Position numbers and translations under genes: made by a program | Shown here: piece by piece, positions 28,558 through 37,047 of the stretch | How positions within the stretch are numbered: position 1 is the first letter of the stretch | How the letters are laid out: every line of letters begins with the position of its first letter | DNA from: Candidatus Omnitrophota bacterium | GTDB taxonomy: Bacteria > Omnitrophota > Omnitrophia > JAHJGZ01 | Reading direction: 5' to 3' | Assembly (NCBI GenBank): GCA_018823795.1 | Contig: JAHJGZ010000081.1 | Coordinates: 44,325 to 108,324 of the forward strand | DNA: 64,000 nucleotides | Notes under the pieces: generated by a model | The model's input: the letters and a program-made list of their open reading frames with translations, nothing else | Database searches by the model: none | What the model was told of the DNA's origin: nothing

Positions 28558-28722
28558 TTACCCTGACCAATCCCCGATAATTATTTGCTCTCCTACCAGC
28601 CGGATAGTTTTCTTTTCACCTTTTCTCCACCCCAACTCTTTGATCATCGATTGGGGTATCGTAAGATAATAAGTGGTCCCGCCGGTAATAGTGAGTTTTC
28701 GAACATCTTGTAGTACTTTCAT
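28558..28722 (-). CDS. AbrB/MazE/SpoVT-type small DNA-binding protein (54 aa)
   Basis: Hand-translated as MKVLQDVRKLTITGGTTYYLTIPQSMIKELGWRKGEKKTIRLVGEQIIIGDWSG. The looped-hinge motif TIPQSMIKELGW is present. Below the ORF-track cutoff. Confidence 0.55.
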   Translation of the reverse strand: MKVLQDVRKLTITGGTTYYLTIPQSMIKELGWRKGEKKTIRLVGEQIIIGDWSG

Positions 28723-28740
28723 AAATGACCTCTTGAATTA

Positions 28741-28830
28741 AAAAAGGATAAAGGATAAATGAAAAAAGATGAAGTAATTGCTTTTGACCATACGAGAAGC
28801 CGTTACTTTGTATTTTTATCTTTTATCTTT
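28741..28830. repeat. Second repeat family: AAGGATAAAGGATAAA / TTTATCTTTTATCTTT arms around a GCTTTTGACC core (copy 1)
   Basis: Purine-rich and pyrimidine-rich arms pair if G-T wobble is allowed. The second copy lies at 36031-36120. Confidence 0.6.
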
Positions 28831-28856
28831 GTCTCATTAGCCAAATTGGTAGCTTT

Positions 28857-28885
28857 ATTGTACTACGTAGTCACTACGTAGTACA
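28857..28885. promoter_or_regulatory. Perfect 13-bp-arm palindrome (possible operator)
   Basis: TTGTACTACGTAG-TCA-CTACGTAGTACAA, in the divergent intergenic region. Confidence 0.5.
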
Positions 28886-28959
28886 ATTTTAATATTTTCT
28901 AAATAATTTCTAACTTCGCTATTAAAGTCCCCTTACAACACAGGCGTGTTCGATTTTGC

Positions 28960-28988
28960 TTTACACTGAACTGAAACATTGATACAAT
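28960..28988 (+). promoter_or_regulatory. Putative sigma70-type promoter for the DUF1016N-SNase gene
   Basis: TTTACA, 17-nt spacer, TACAAT. The same GATACAATA -10 context is seen upstream of hisG and tkt. Confidence 0.5.
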
Positions 28989-28991
28989 AGG

Positions 28992-29029
28992 TACTGCCAC
29001 GACTGCCACATGTGGCAGTCGTGGCAGTA
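28992..29029. promoter_or_regulatory. 38-bp perfect palindrome immediately downstream of the -10 box (operator or 5-prime-UTR hairpin)
   Basis: TACTGCCACGACTGCCACA|TGTGGCAGTCGTGGCAGTA. Each arm contains a CTGCCAC-GA-CTGCCAC direct repeat. Confidence 0.6.
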
Positions 29030-29051
29030 GATGTAAAATAAGGGGGTTACA

Positions 29052-29885
29052 TTGCCAGAATTAGCAAAAAGAATTTATTCAAAACTCATTGCTGATCTTA
29101 AGGTTATTCGAAAAGAAACCGAACAGCGTACACGTTTTGTGGTAAATATGACTGTCCTCACCGGCTATTGGAAAATGGGAAAGCGGATGAGTGAGGAGAA
29201 GTTACCGGATGATGTTGCCAGTCGGCGCGTATTACTTGAACGTCTTGCGACCGATCTTGACCTTGAATACTCGTTTCTTACCCGTTGCATGAAGTTTCAT
29301 CGTCTCTGGCCGAAAAAGTGCCCGGCAGGAGAATTCCCGCACGTGGGGTGGAGCCAATACAAAGCGATATTTTCACTTCCTGAAAATAAGCGATCTTTTT
29401 ACCTTTCGCAGGCAGATGAGCAGCAATGGAATACGCGCGAACTTTTATGCAACATTAAACATGACTACTTCTCGCAATTCGGGAAAGGGAAAAAGAAAGC
29501 AGTGGTAGGTGTGGCAACTTTGAAACGGCGGGAGGAGGCGCTCCACATCTACGCCGGACGTCTCGAGCGCATTATTGACGGGGATACGTTTATCATTGCC
29601 ATTGACCTTGGGTTTACGGTCTGGACCCATCGCCGCATCCGATTGCGCGGCATTGATACGCCGGAGGCTGGTACGCCGGAAGGGGAAGCGGCGCGGCAGT
29701 TTGTTACTGACCGTCTCTTTGAAGCGTCGCGAGTAGTCCTTCAGACATTTAAAATAGATATTTACGGGCGTTACGTGTGCGATCTTTTTTACTTACCGGG
29801 TGAGACCGATACGGAAAAGATTTTCCGCGACGGACATTTCCTTAATCAGGAACTTCTTGACCAAAAGATTGCAACTGTTCTCTAG
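29052..29885 (+). CDS. Fusion of a DUF1016 (YhcG-type) N-terminal domain and a staphylococcal-nuclease (SNase/thermonuclease) domain
   Basis: N-terminus: YWKMGKRM..., GWSQYKAIFSLPENKRSFYLSQADEQQWNTRELL (YhcG_N pattern). C-terminus: DGDTFIIAI...IRLRGIDTPE...IYGRYVCDL (SNase). TTG start after AAGGGGG. Confidence 0.65.
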   Translation: MPELAKRIYSKLIADLKVIRKETEQRTRFVVNMTVLTGYWKMGKRMSEEKLPDDVASRRVLLERLATDLDLEYSFLTRCMKFHRLWPKKCPAGEFPHVGWSQYKAIFSLPENKRSFYLSQADEQQWNTRELLCNIKHDYFSQFGKGKKKAVVGVATLKRREEALHIYAGRLERIIDGDTFIIAIDLGFTVWTHRRIRLRGIDTPEAGTPEGEAARQFVTDRLFEASRVVLQTFKIDIYGRYVCDLFYLPGETDTEKIFRDGHFLNQELLDQKIATVL

Positions 29886-29919
29886 GTCTGTCGGACTCGA
29901 GAGTGTAATACAAAAAGAA

Positions 29920-31131
29920 ATGACCATGAAGTATCGTACAAAACGAATTGTTATTTTTTTATTATTGGGTTGTGTTCTTGCGGTGGTCGGAGTATGTATT
30001 GTTATTCGGATGCACGGCAGGAGCATTGATTACGGTAGCGATGAGATACGATTAAAAAGACTCAAGAGTTTACCGTATGCATTCTTTACCAAGGATAAAG
30101 CTGATGCGAATAAAAAGGGGGTCACACGGTATGAAAAAGGGAGGGCCTGTGAAGGCTACAATAGATATCATGGCCGCATTTACACGATGGAAGGACAACT
30201 TTTGTATGATTCGGGCGCATCATATTTGATTCCTTTAAAGGATGAGACAGTGATCCTTGCGTATTACGATAAACCGCTTATTGGAAGATATCGAAGGGGA
30301 GACAATAAACCACTGTGGGAACGAAATGATTTCCTTATGCATCATTGTATTACCCTATCTGACAGAAATACGGTATTGCTGATAACGAAAGAAACACATC
30401 GTTACCGAGGCCGGCGTGTTGAATGGGATGTCATCGTAGAGCTTTCACTTGATGATGGTACGCTCCTGTCACGGTGGTCGACATTTGATCATCGTAATAC
30501 ACTTAAAAAATTTCATGACCCTCATCCACTTGATATTGCGCCTGATGGGACGGAGAACCAGGAAGAGCCGTATGATTATTACCATCTGAATTGGATCAAC
30601 GTGCTTCCTGAGACAAAGTTGGGTCATGACGATTACCGTTTTCAGAAAGGGCACTGGTTGATTAGCTTACCACACGTTAACAGCATTATGATTTTAGATC
30701 GTGAAACGAAGGATGTTCTCTGGGCATGGGGGCCCGGTGAGGTGGAGTTTCAACACACGCCCGAAATGATGGCAAACGGCAATCTGCTCATCTTTGATAA
30801 TGGAATACAGCGGAAGTATTCACGGGTGATTGAACTTGATCCGTCTCGTAAAGAAATCAAATGGAATTATTGCCCTGGAGAAGAATTTTATTCTAAGGAG
30901 TGGGGAGCGGCAGAGCGATTACCCAACGGTAATACGCTTATTACCGATTCTGAGAAAGGACGTGCTGTTGAAGTAACACACGATGGGGATGTTGTATGGG
31001 AATACTACTGTCCGTACATTAATCGTCATGGTAAGCGAGCAAAAATTTATCGTATGCACCGAATCACCGACAAAAACATCACTCGAATTTTAAGCAAACT
31101 CAAACTCAATAAGCAGGCTGAAAGCGGTTGA
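29920..31131 (+). CDS. Arylsulfotransferase (ASST)-like beta-propeller protein with an N-terminal TM anchor
   Basis: YDYYHLNW, GNLLIFDNGIQRKYSRVIELDP and VVWEYYCP motifs. Paralog of 12941..14314. ATG 29920 was chosen; the ORF opens at 29800 overlapping the upstream gene. Confidence 0.6.
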   Translation: MTMKYRTKRIVIFLLLGCVLAVVGVCIVIRMHGRSIDYGSDEIRLKRLKSLPYAFFTKDKADANKKGVTRYEKGRACEGYNRYHGRIYTMEGQLLYDSGASYLIPLKDETVILAYYDKPLIGRYRRGDNKPLWERNDFLMHHCITLSDRNTVLLITKETHRYRGRRVEWDVIVELSLDDGTLLSRWSTFDHRNTLKKFHDPHPLDIAPDGTENQEEPYDYYHLNWINVLPETKLGHDDYRFQKGHWLISLPHVNSIMILDRETKDVLWAWGPGEVEFQHTPEMMANGNLLIFDNGIQRKYSRVIELDPSRKEIKWNYCPGEEFYSKEWGAAERLPNGNTLITDSEKGRAVEVTHDGDVVWEYYCPYINRHGKRAKIYRMHRITDKNITRILSKLKLNKQAESG

Positions 31132-31156
31132 CAGGAAAGACGTTAGCCGATACAAT
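31128..31156 (+). promoter_or_regulatory. Putative sigma70-type promoter for hisG
   Basis: TTGACA, 17-nt spacer, TACAAT, 62 nt upstream of ATG 31218. Confidence 0.6.
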
Positions 31157-31217
31157 ACGAGCAAAATAAGAGTCCTTTGACGGGCTCAGGGTTACGTAGA
31201 AAAAAGGAAGGTAGAAA

Positions 31218-32096
31218 ATGAAAAAGAAAAAGCTAAAATTTGGATTGCCGAAGGGAAGCCTGGAAGAGGCAACGTACCGGCTTTTTAAAAAGGCAGGGTT
31301 TGAAATAACCGTGCGTTCACGTTCCTATTATCCAACGGTCAATGATGATGAGCTGGAGTTCGTTCTCTTTCGTCCGCAGGAGATGCCGCGTTACGTTGAA
31401 GACGGAGTTGTTGATGCGGCCCTTACCGGTTACGACTGGATCGTTGAGAATGGTTCACAGGTCGAGGAGGTGTGTGACTTGACCTATTCAAAAGCAACAC
31501 GCCAGAAAGTCAAATGGGTATTGGCCGTAAAAAACGATTCCCGGTTTAAAACAGTAAAAGATTTACAGGGAAAAAAGATTGCAACCGAACTCGTAAATGT
31601 AACAAAAAAATATCTTGAGAAAAAGGGTGTCAAAGCAGAGGTCGAATTTTCCTGGGGGGCGACTGAGGTGAAGCCGCCGCTCATGGCCGATGCAATCGTT
31701 GATGTTACTGAAACCGGATCGAGTTTGCGGGCGAATAATCTGCGGGTGATCGACACCATTTTAGAGTCATCGACCAAGTTGATCGCAAACCAAAAAAGTA
31801 TGAAGGATGCGTGGAAGCGAGAAAAGATCGAAAATATTGCGCTTCTGCTCAATGGTGCGATCCAGGCGGAAGATAAAGTCGGTTTGAAAATGAATGTGCT
31901 CAAAACAGATCTCAAAAAGATTCTTGCAGTTCTTCCGGCCCTGCAGAAGCCAACCGTATCACAATTGAGTGACCACACGTGGCTTGACGTTGACACGATC
32001 ATTGATGAAGCAGTCGTGCGGAAAATTATTCCTGAGCTCAAAAAAGCCGGCGCATCCGGAATAATCGAATATCCGTTGAATAAAGTTATCTATTAA
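31218..32096 (+). CDS. hisG: ATP phosphoribosyltransferase, long form
   Basis: [24 protein letters not shown]-terminus, 292 aa with a C-terminal regulatory domain. Confidence 0.9.
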   Translation: MKKKKLKFGLPKGSLEEATYRLFKKAGFEITVRSRSYYPTVNDDELEFVLFRPQEMPRYVEDGVVDAALTGYDWIVENGSQVEEVCDLTYSKATRQKVKWVLAVKNDSRFKTVKDLQGKKIATELVNVTKKYLEKKGVKAEVEFSWGATEVKPPLMADAIVDVTETGSSLRANNLRVIDTILESSTKLIANQKSMKDAWKREKIENIALLLNGAIQAEDKVGLKMNVLKTDLKKILAVLPALQKPTVSQLSDHTWLDVDTIIDEAVVRKIIPELKKAGASGIIEYPLNKVIY

Positions 32097-32397
32097 TGAG
32101 GCCATATTTTATGGAGTCCTTTGGGACGACATAAAATATTTGGCCGAATTAACCCTCGCCGCTTTGTTTCGCTTTACGAAGCAAAGCGAAACAGGCGGGG
32201 GCTAATGAAACAAACTTGAAAACATAGTCGAATTAATACTTTGCCAGCCAGCTGGCAAAGTATAAGTTCAGCCAACAAACTTACGTCACGATATTCCGTA
32301 AGTTTGGGCTTCACGTACCCTCGCCGCTTTGTTTCGCTTTACGAAGCAAAGCGAAACAGGCGGGGGCTAATGAAACAAACTTGAAATATTAACATAC
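32094..32397. repeat. Hairpin-module cluster (5 modules) with a 69-bp perfect direct repeat
   Basis: TAATGA, then GGCCATATTTTATGG..CATAAAATATTTGGCC, then GAATTAA. 32153-32221 is identical to 32318-32386. An inverted copy of the TTAATTC..GAACATA..GATACGTGA composite lies at 32230-32319. Confidence 0.8.
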
Positions 32398-32421
32398 AAC
32401 TCTTAACCAGCGAGGTAAACC

Positions 32422-32517
32422 ATGCCATGCGGACGAAAACGTAAAAAGAAGAAGATGAACAAGCACAAACGGAAAAAAAAGTTACGACTCAATAGACACA
32501 AAAAGAAACTTAGATAA
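32422..32517 (+). CDS. Very basic 31-aa peptide, bS22/AURKAIP1-like
   Basis: Hand-translated as MPCGRKRKKKKMNKHKRKKKLRLNRHKKKLR. The KMNKHKRKK..R..RHKK pattern is typical of this small ribosome-associated family. GAGG lies 8 nt upstream. Confidence 0.5.
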   Translation: MPCGRKRKKKKMNKHKRKKKLRLNRHKKKLR

Positions 32518-32646
32518 GCATTGTACTAAAAACACATTCCAATGTGGACTCGTAACCGCACCGAGTCATGCGTGTCGGTGTAAACAGAGCCATCCGGTAG
32601 GGGGGGGGTATGAACTACCCCTACTACACATATCATTATTTATTGA

Positions 32647-34152
32647 ATGAAAAATAAGCCGGTCTTGTTATTATTAGGACTCGTCCTGACCGTCGCGCTT
32701 GGTGTGTCTTCGGCTTGTGCAATGGGGGGACGCCTGCCGCCGGTGAGTTTAATCAATGAAAAGCAAGACAAAGCATTAGAGTATTTTGTCAAAGGGCTCC
32801 TGTATAAAAATTTTGACCATCCTGAACATGCGCTGAAAGCATTACAAAAATCATCAAACTTGGCGGGCGGCGAGAATGCTTCGATCCATCTTCATTTAGG
32901 TGTTTCCTACCTGCAGCTTGCAGACGTTGAAAAGGCAAAAAAACATTTATGGCGCGCGTCCACGCTCAACCCGCGTGACGGCAGTTCAAAATTTATTTTA
33001 GCGTATCAGTTAGTCTCTGAAGGAAAAAAAGAAGAAGCAAAAAAACTTTTGCGCGAAATCTTAGACAATGACTCACACGATATTCCGGCCCTCACCATGC
33101 TGGCCGAGTTGTATTTAAGTGAGGAGAACGTTGCGGAAGCGCAGAAACTGTATGAAACGATCGTTGACCTCGGGCAGGGGCAACTCAGAGATCATTACAA
33201 TCTCGGCGTTATTCAGTTACAACTGAAAAAATTCGCTGCGGCAGCGGAAAATTTCAAAAAGGTGACGGACCGGCATCCGGAAGACATTAAATCACATTTT
33301 GCATTGGCGTCGATTTACGACAAGCTGAAAGATGATAAAGGAATCATTGAAGAACTTGAAGCGATCTGTTCATTAAGTCCGGAGAATAAACTTATCTGCT
33401 TTAATCTTGCCTCACTCTACGAACGGAATGAGAATTTTGATAAGGCGGTGAAAACGTTGCAAAAAGTCGTCGATGTCGATCCGGCTGATGTGAGCGTCTA
33501 CGTCGGTTTAGGCATCCTCTATTTACGCATGGGAAAGTATGAGAAGGCGCGTGATGAGCTTGAGCGGGCGGAACGGTTAGCGCCGGCGAAACATGAAATA
33601 CTTTTTTATCTCGGGCTTGCGTATGAGGCGACCGGTAACGATGAACAAGCCATTGCACAATACGAGAAGGCAGCCCCGTTTCTTAAGGACAACGAGACTG
33701 TTTTTTTTCATTTAGGCGTGTTGTATGAAAAGACCGGTCGATTTGATGATGCGGTGAAAGAATTCCGTAAAGCGATCAAGATTAATCCCGAAAACCACGA
33801 AGCACTTAATTTTCTGGGTTACATGTTCGCGGAACGAGGGATCAATTTAGATGAAGCGCAGGAACTTATTCAAAAGGCGGTCGAGCTGAAGCCGAATGTC
33901 GGGGCGTACGTGGATAGCTTCGGATGGGTCCTCTATCAAAAAAAAGATTACCGGGGAGCACGTGAGCATTTAGAGCGGGCCATCCGGCTTGAGGGAAATG
34001 ATGCGGTCATCTCAGAACACCTCAGTGATGTGTGTTGGATTCTTGACGAGCGGGAAGAGTCGGTTAAATATTTACAAAAAGCATTGGCGCTCGATATTGA
34101 CAATAAAAAGTTGCAGGAGAAGCTGAAAGAGCGGCAAGGAATAAATAAGTAA
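32647..34152 (+). CDS. TPR-repeat lipoprotein
   Basis: Signal peptide and lipobox (GVSSAC), with more than 10 TPR-like repeats. Confidence 0.8.
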   Translation: MKNKPVLLLLGLVLTVALGVSSACAMGGRLPPVSLINEKQDKALEYFVKGLLYKNFDHPEHALKALQKSSNLAGGENASIHLHLGVSYLQLADVEKAKKHLWRASTLNPRDGSSKFILAYQLVSEGKKEEAKKLLREILDNDSHDIPALTMLAELYLSEENVAEAQKLYETIVDLGQGQLRDHYNLGVIQLQLKKFAAAAENFKKVTDRHPEDIKSHFALASIYDKLKDDKGIIEELEAICSLSPENKLICFNLASLYERNENFDKAVKTLQKVVDVDPADVSVYVGLGILYLRMGKYEKARDELERAERLAPAKHEILFYLGLAYEATGNDEQAIAQYEKAAPFLKDNETVFFHLGVLYEKTGRFDDAVKEFRKAIKINPENHEALNFLGYMFAERGINLDEAQELIQKAVELKPNVGAYVDSFGWVLYQKKDYRGAREHLERAIRLEGNDAVISEHLSDVCWILDEREESVKYLQKALALDIDNKKLQEKLKERQGINK

Positions 34153-34180
34153 AAAAAGCTCTCTTTTTTTGAATTAATGC

Positions 34181-34208
34181 TTGCACTTATTGCCGAAATC
34201 GATACAAT
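34181..34208 (+). promoter_or_regulatory. Putative sigma70-type promoter for the split transketolase operon
   Basis: TTGCAC, 16-nt spacer, TACAAT, about 50 nt upstream of ATG 34259. Confidence 0.45.
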
Positions 34209-34258
34209 ACTCCACGTTACGCACACAGAAGATACATTTTTTTAATAATGAGATACGT

Positions 34259-35092
34259 ATGATGACGAAAAAAAAATATTCGGTTGACGAGTTAAAAAAA
34301 ATCGCGCAAGACATTCGTATTCAAGTCATTCAGATGTTGAGTAAAGCAAAGTCAGGGCATCCGGGTGGCTCACTCTCCATGGTTGACATTTTAGTCGCCC
34401 TCTTTTTTGATGTGATGACCTTTGATCCGCACAATAAAACCGGTAATGATCGTGACCGGTTTCATCTTTCAAAAGGACATGGGTGTCCGACATTGTATGC
34501 AATTTTAGCCCGCTTAGATTTTTTTCCTCAAGCAGAATGTGATCGCCTGCGTCAACTGGGTGGCCTCCTGCAAGGACATCCGCATCCAAAAACACCGGGG
34601 ATTGAAGTGGCCAGTGGATCTCTGGGGCAGGGGCTTTCAATTGCCTGCGGTATGGCGCTCGCGCAGCGGCTTGACCGGAAAAAAGGATGCGTTTTCACCG
34701 TTCTCGGTGACGGAGAACTTCAGGAAGGCCAGGTCTGGGAGGCGGCACTTTTTGCCGCACATCGCAAACTTGATAATCTCATTGTTATTATTGATTGCAA
34801 TGGGATGCAAATAGACGGCAAGATCGAAGACATTATTAATCTAGGCCCGCTTGAAAAAAAATGGGAAGCGTTTGGTTTTACCGTGCATGAATGTGACGGG
34901 CACAATATTACAACATTGATTGAGACAATGACAAAGGCGCGTACTGCCGAAGGAAAACCGCACGTTATTATTGCAAAGACCGTGAAAGGCAAAGGGGTGT
35001 CATTCATGGAAGGCAATTTGGATTTTCACGGAAAATCCCCTACGACCGAAGAAACCGAGCAAGCATTGGGAGAACTGAAAAAACAATCATGA
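34259..35092 (+). CDS. tkt: Transketolase, N-terminal (TPP-binding) subunit
   Basis: SGHPGGSLSMVDIL, SKGHGCPTLYA, GSLGQGLS, GDGELQEG. 4-nt overlap with the C-terminal subunit gene. Confidence 0.9.
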   Translation: MMTKKKYSVDELKKIAQDIRIQVIQMLSKAKSGHPGGSLSMVDILVALFFDVMTFDPHNKTGNDRDRFHLSKGHGCPTLYAILARLDFFPQAECDRLRQLGGLLQGHPHPKTPGIEVASGSLGQGLSIACGMALAQRLDRKKGCVFTVLGDGELQEGQVWEAALFAAHRKLDNLIVIIDCNGMQIDGKIEDIINLGPLEKKWEAFGFTVHECDGHNITTLIETMTKARTAEGKPHVIIAKTVKGKGVSFMEGNLDFHGKSPTTEETEQALGELKKQS

Positions 35093-36030
35093 GTATTCGT
35101 GAAATGAAAATGGCGCGTGAGGCATATGGGGATGTATTAGTTGAACTCGGTTCGGCTGATAAGCGTATCGTTGTCCTCGATGCCGATCTTTCTGCGTCAA
35201 CGAAGACGATTAAATTTGGCCGCAAATTTCCAGAGCGATTTTTTAACTGCGGGATTGCAGAACAAAACATGGTCGGGATTGCCGCCGGACTAGCGGCGAG
35301 CGGGAAAATTCCTTTTATCAGCACCTTTTCGATTTTTGCATCAGGCCGCGCCTGGGAGCAGATTCGTAATACGGTTGCGGTGTGTGGTCTTAATGTAAAG
35401 ATTGTCGTCACGCATGGCGGTATTTCAGTCGGGCCGGATGGGGTATCCCATCAATCGCTGGAAGATATTACCTTGATGCGTGCGATTCCTAAAATGGTGG
35501 TCATTGTTCCCTGTGATGCGCCGGAAGCGGTTGCTGCGGTGAAAGCGGCGGTTGCGTACAAGGGGCCGGTTTTTATTCGCCTGGGAAGGCCGAAGGTGCC
35601 GACGATTTGGACCGGAGAAGAATTTACTATTGGAAAATCTGATGTCGTCCGGGAAGGGACCGACATTACTATTGCCGCATGCGGTATCATGGTTGAAGAG
35701 GCGCTGAAGGCATGCGAACTGTTAGAGCAAAAAAACATTCGAGCAGAAGTTATTAATATGTCGAGCATCAAGCCGCTTGATGGTGAGACGCTTGAGAAGT
35801 CGGTGAGAAAGACCGGACGTATTGTGAGTTGCGAAGAACACAGCATCATTGGCGGCTTGGGAAGTGCGGTTGCCGAGTATTTGAGCACGCACTATCCGGT
35901 CCCCCAAAAATTTATCGGCGTACTCGATCGTTTCGGCCAGTCCGGAGATCCGAAGGATCTCATGGTCGAATATGAATTGTCCGCCACGTCAATTGCCAAA
36001 GCAGCAGAAGAACTCATAAAAAGCAAGTAA
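35089..36030 (+). CDS. tkt: Transketolase, C-terminal (pyrimidine-binding) subunit
   Basis: FFNCGIAEQNMVGIAAGLA, THGGISVGPDGVSHQ. Confidence 0.9.
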   Translation: MSIREMKMAREAYGDVLVELGSADKRIVVLDADLSASTKTIKFGRKFPERFFNCGIAEQNMVGIAAGLAASGKIPFISTFSIFASGRAWEQIRNTVAVCGLNVKIVVTHGGISVGPDGVSHQSLEDITLMRAIPKMVVIVPCDAPEAVAAVKAAVAYKGPVFIRLGRPKVPTIWTGEEFTIGKSDVVREGTDITIAACGIMVEEALKACELLEQKNIRAEVINMSSIKPLDGETLEKSVRKTGRIVSCEEHSIIGGLGSAVAEYLSTHYPVPQKFIGVLDRFGQSGDPKDLMVEYELSATSIAKAAEELIKSK

Positions 36031-36120
36031 CAAGGAAAAAGGAAAAAGGAAAAAATAGTCGCTTTTGACCCAAAGCATACACTTTCCCCTTTTTACTTTA
36101 TCTTTTATCCTTTATCCTTT
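36031..36120. repeat. Second repeat family, copy 2 (AAGGAAAAAGG.. / ..CTTTATCCTTTATCCTTT arms around GCTTTTGACC)
   Basis: Shares the GCTTTTGACC core and the TTTATC(C/T)TT arm with 28741-28830. Confidence 0.55.
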
Positions 36121-36143
36121 CACTGTGAAAAGCGGATGATTCT

Positions 36144-37019
36144 ATGAATTCACTTACCGTTAATGTTCCTGCCAAAATTAACCTGTATTTGCGGCTTACC
36201 GGAAAGAGAAAAGACGGCTACAATAGTCTGTGTACGATATTTCAAAAAATTAATCTCTACGATCGTCTTACCTTAAAAAAAGCAAAAGGGTTTCGTCTGA
36301 TTATTGACGGGATTACGCCGTGTTCAGTCAAAGAAAACACCATTTACAAAGCATACCGGCTTCTTAAAAGTTCCACCCGTTTCAAAGGGGCTCTTCACGT
36401 TCATCTTACTAAACGCATTCCGGCTGGGTCTGGCCTTGGCGGTGCCTCAGCTGATGCGGCCTACACCCTTTTGGGGATGAATAGATTATTTAAATTGGGG
36501 CTTAACCAATTTCAACTGTTAGAGTTAGGTAAAAAAATCGGGGCTGATGTACCATTTTTTCTGCATAAATATCCGGTTGCACTGGGGGTTGAAAGAGGGG
36601 ATCTTCTTATTAATCTGCCCGTAAGACGTAAGTATTGGATTCTATTGGTGATTTATGAGAAAAAGCTTTCGACCAAAAAGGTTTACAAAGCATTTAATTA
36701 TCTGGCCGGATTTCGAATGAGCTTGACAAAACTAAGTCGTGAAGTTACAATACTTTCTCTCAATTTTAAGCAAGGGAAACTTGTGTCCCTGGGGAAGGCG
36801 TTGAAGAATGATTTGACGTCGGTTGCATGTTCTTTAATGCCAGAAGTTAAGGATATTCTACGTTCGATAAAAGAGTGTGGCGCGTCTGCCTGTGCAATGA
36901 CCGGCAGTGGGCCGACCGTATTTGCGCTGTTCAAGAATAAAAGAGAAGTACAAGCAGCTCGTGAGCGGCTTTTAGAACATAGAGGATTCAAGACAATTGT
37001 TTGTCAAACGTTACACTAA
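36144..37019 (+). CDS. ispE: 4-diphosphocytidyl-2-C-methyl-D-erythritol kinase
   Basis: VPAKINLYLRLTGKRKDGYN, PAGSGLGGASADAA (GHMP kinase motif). Confidence 0.9.
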   Translation: MNSLTVNVPAKINLYLRLTGKRKDGYNSLCTIFQKINLYDRLTLKKAKGFRLIIDGITPCSVKENTIYKAYRLLKSSTRFKGALHVHLTKRIPAGSGLGGASADAAYTLLGMNRLFKLGLNQFQLLELGKKIGADVPFFLHKYPVALGVERGDLLINLPVRRKYWILLVIYEKKLSTKKVYKAFNYLAGFRMSLTKLSREVTILSLNFKQGKLVSLGKALKNDLTSVACSLMPEVKDILRSIKECGASACAMTGSGPTVFALFKNKREVQAARERLLEHRGFKTIVCQTLH

Positions 37020-37047
37020 CAACAGTGAAAAGTAAGGAGTACACACC

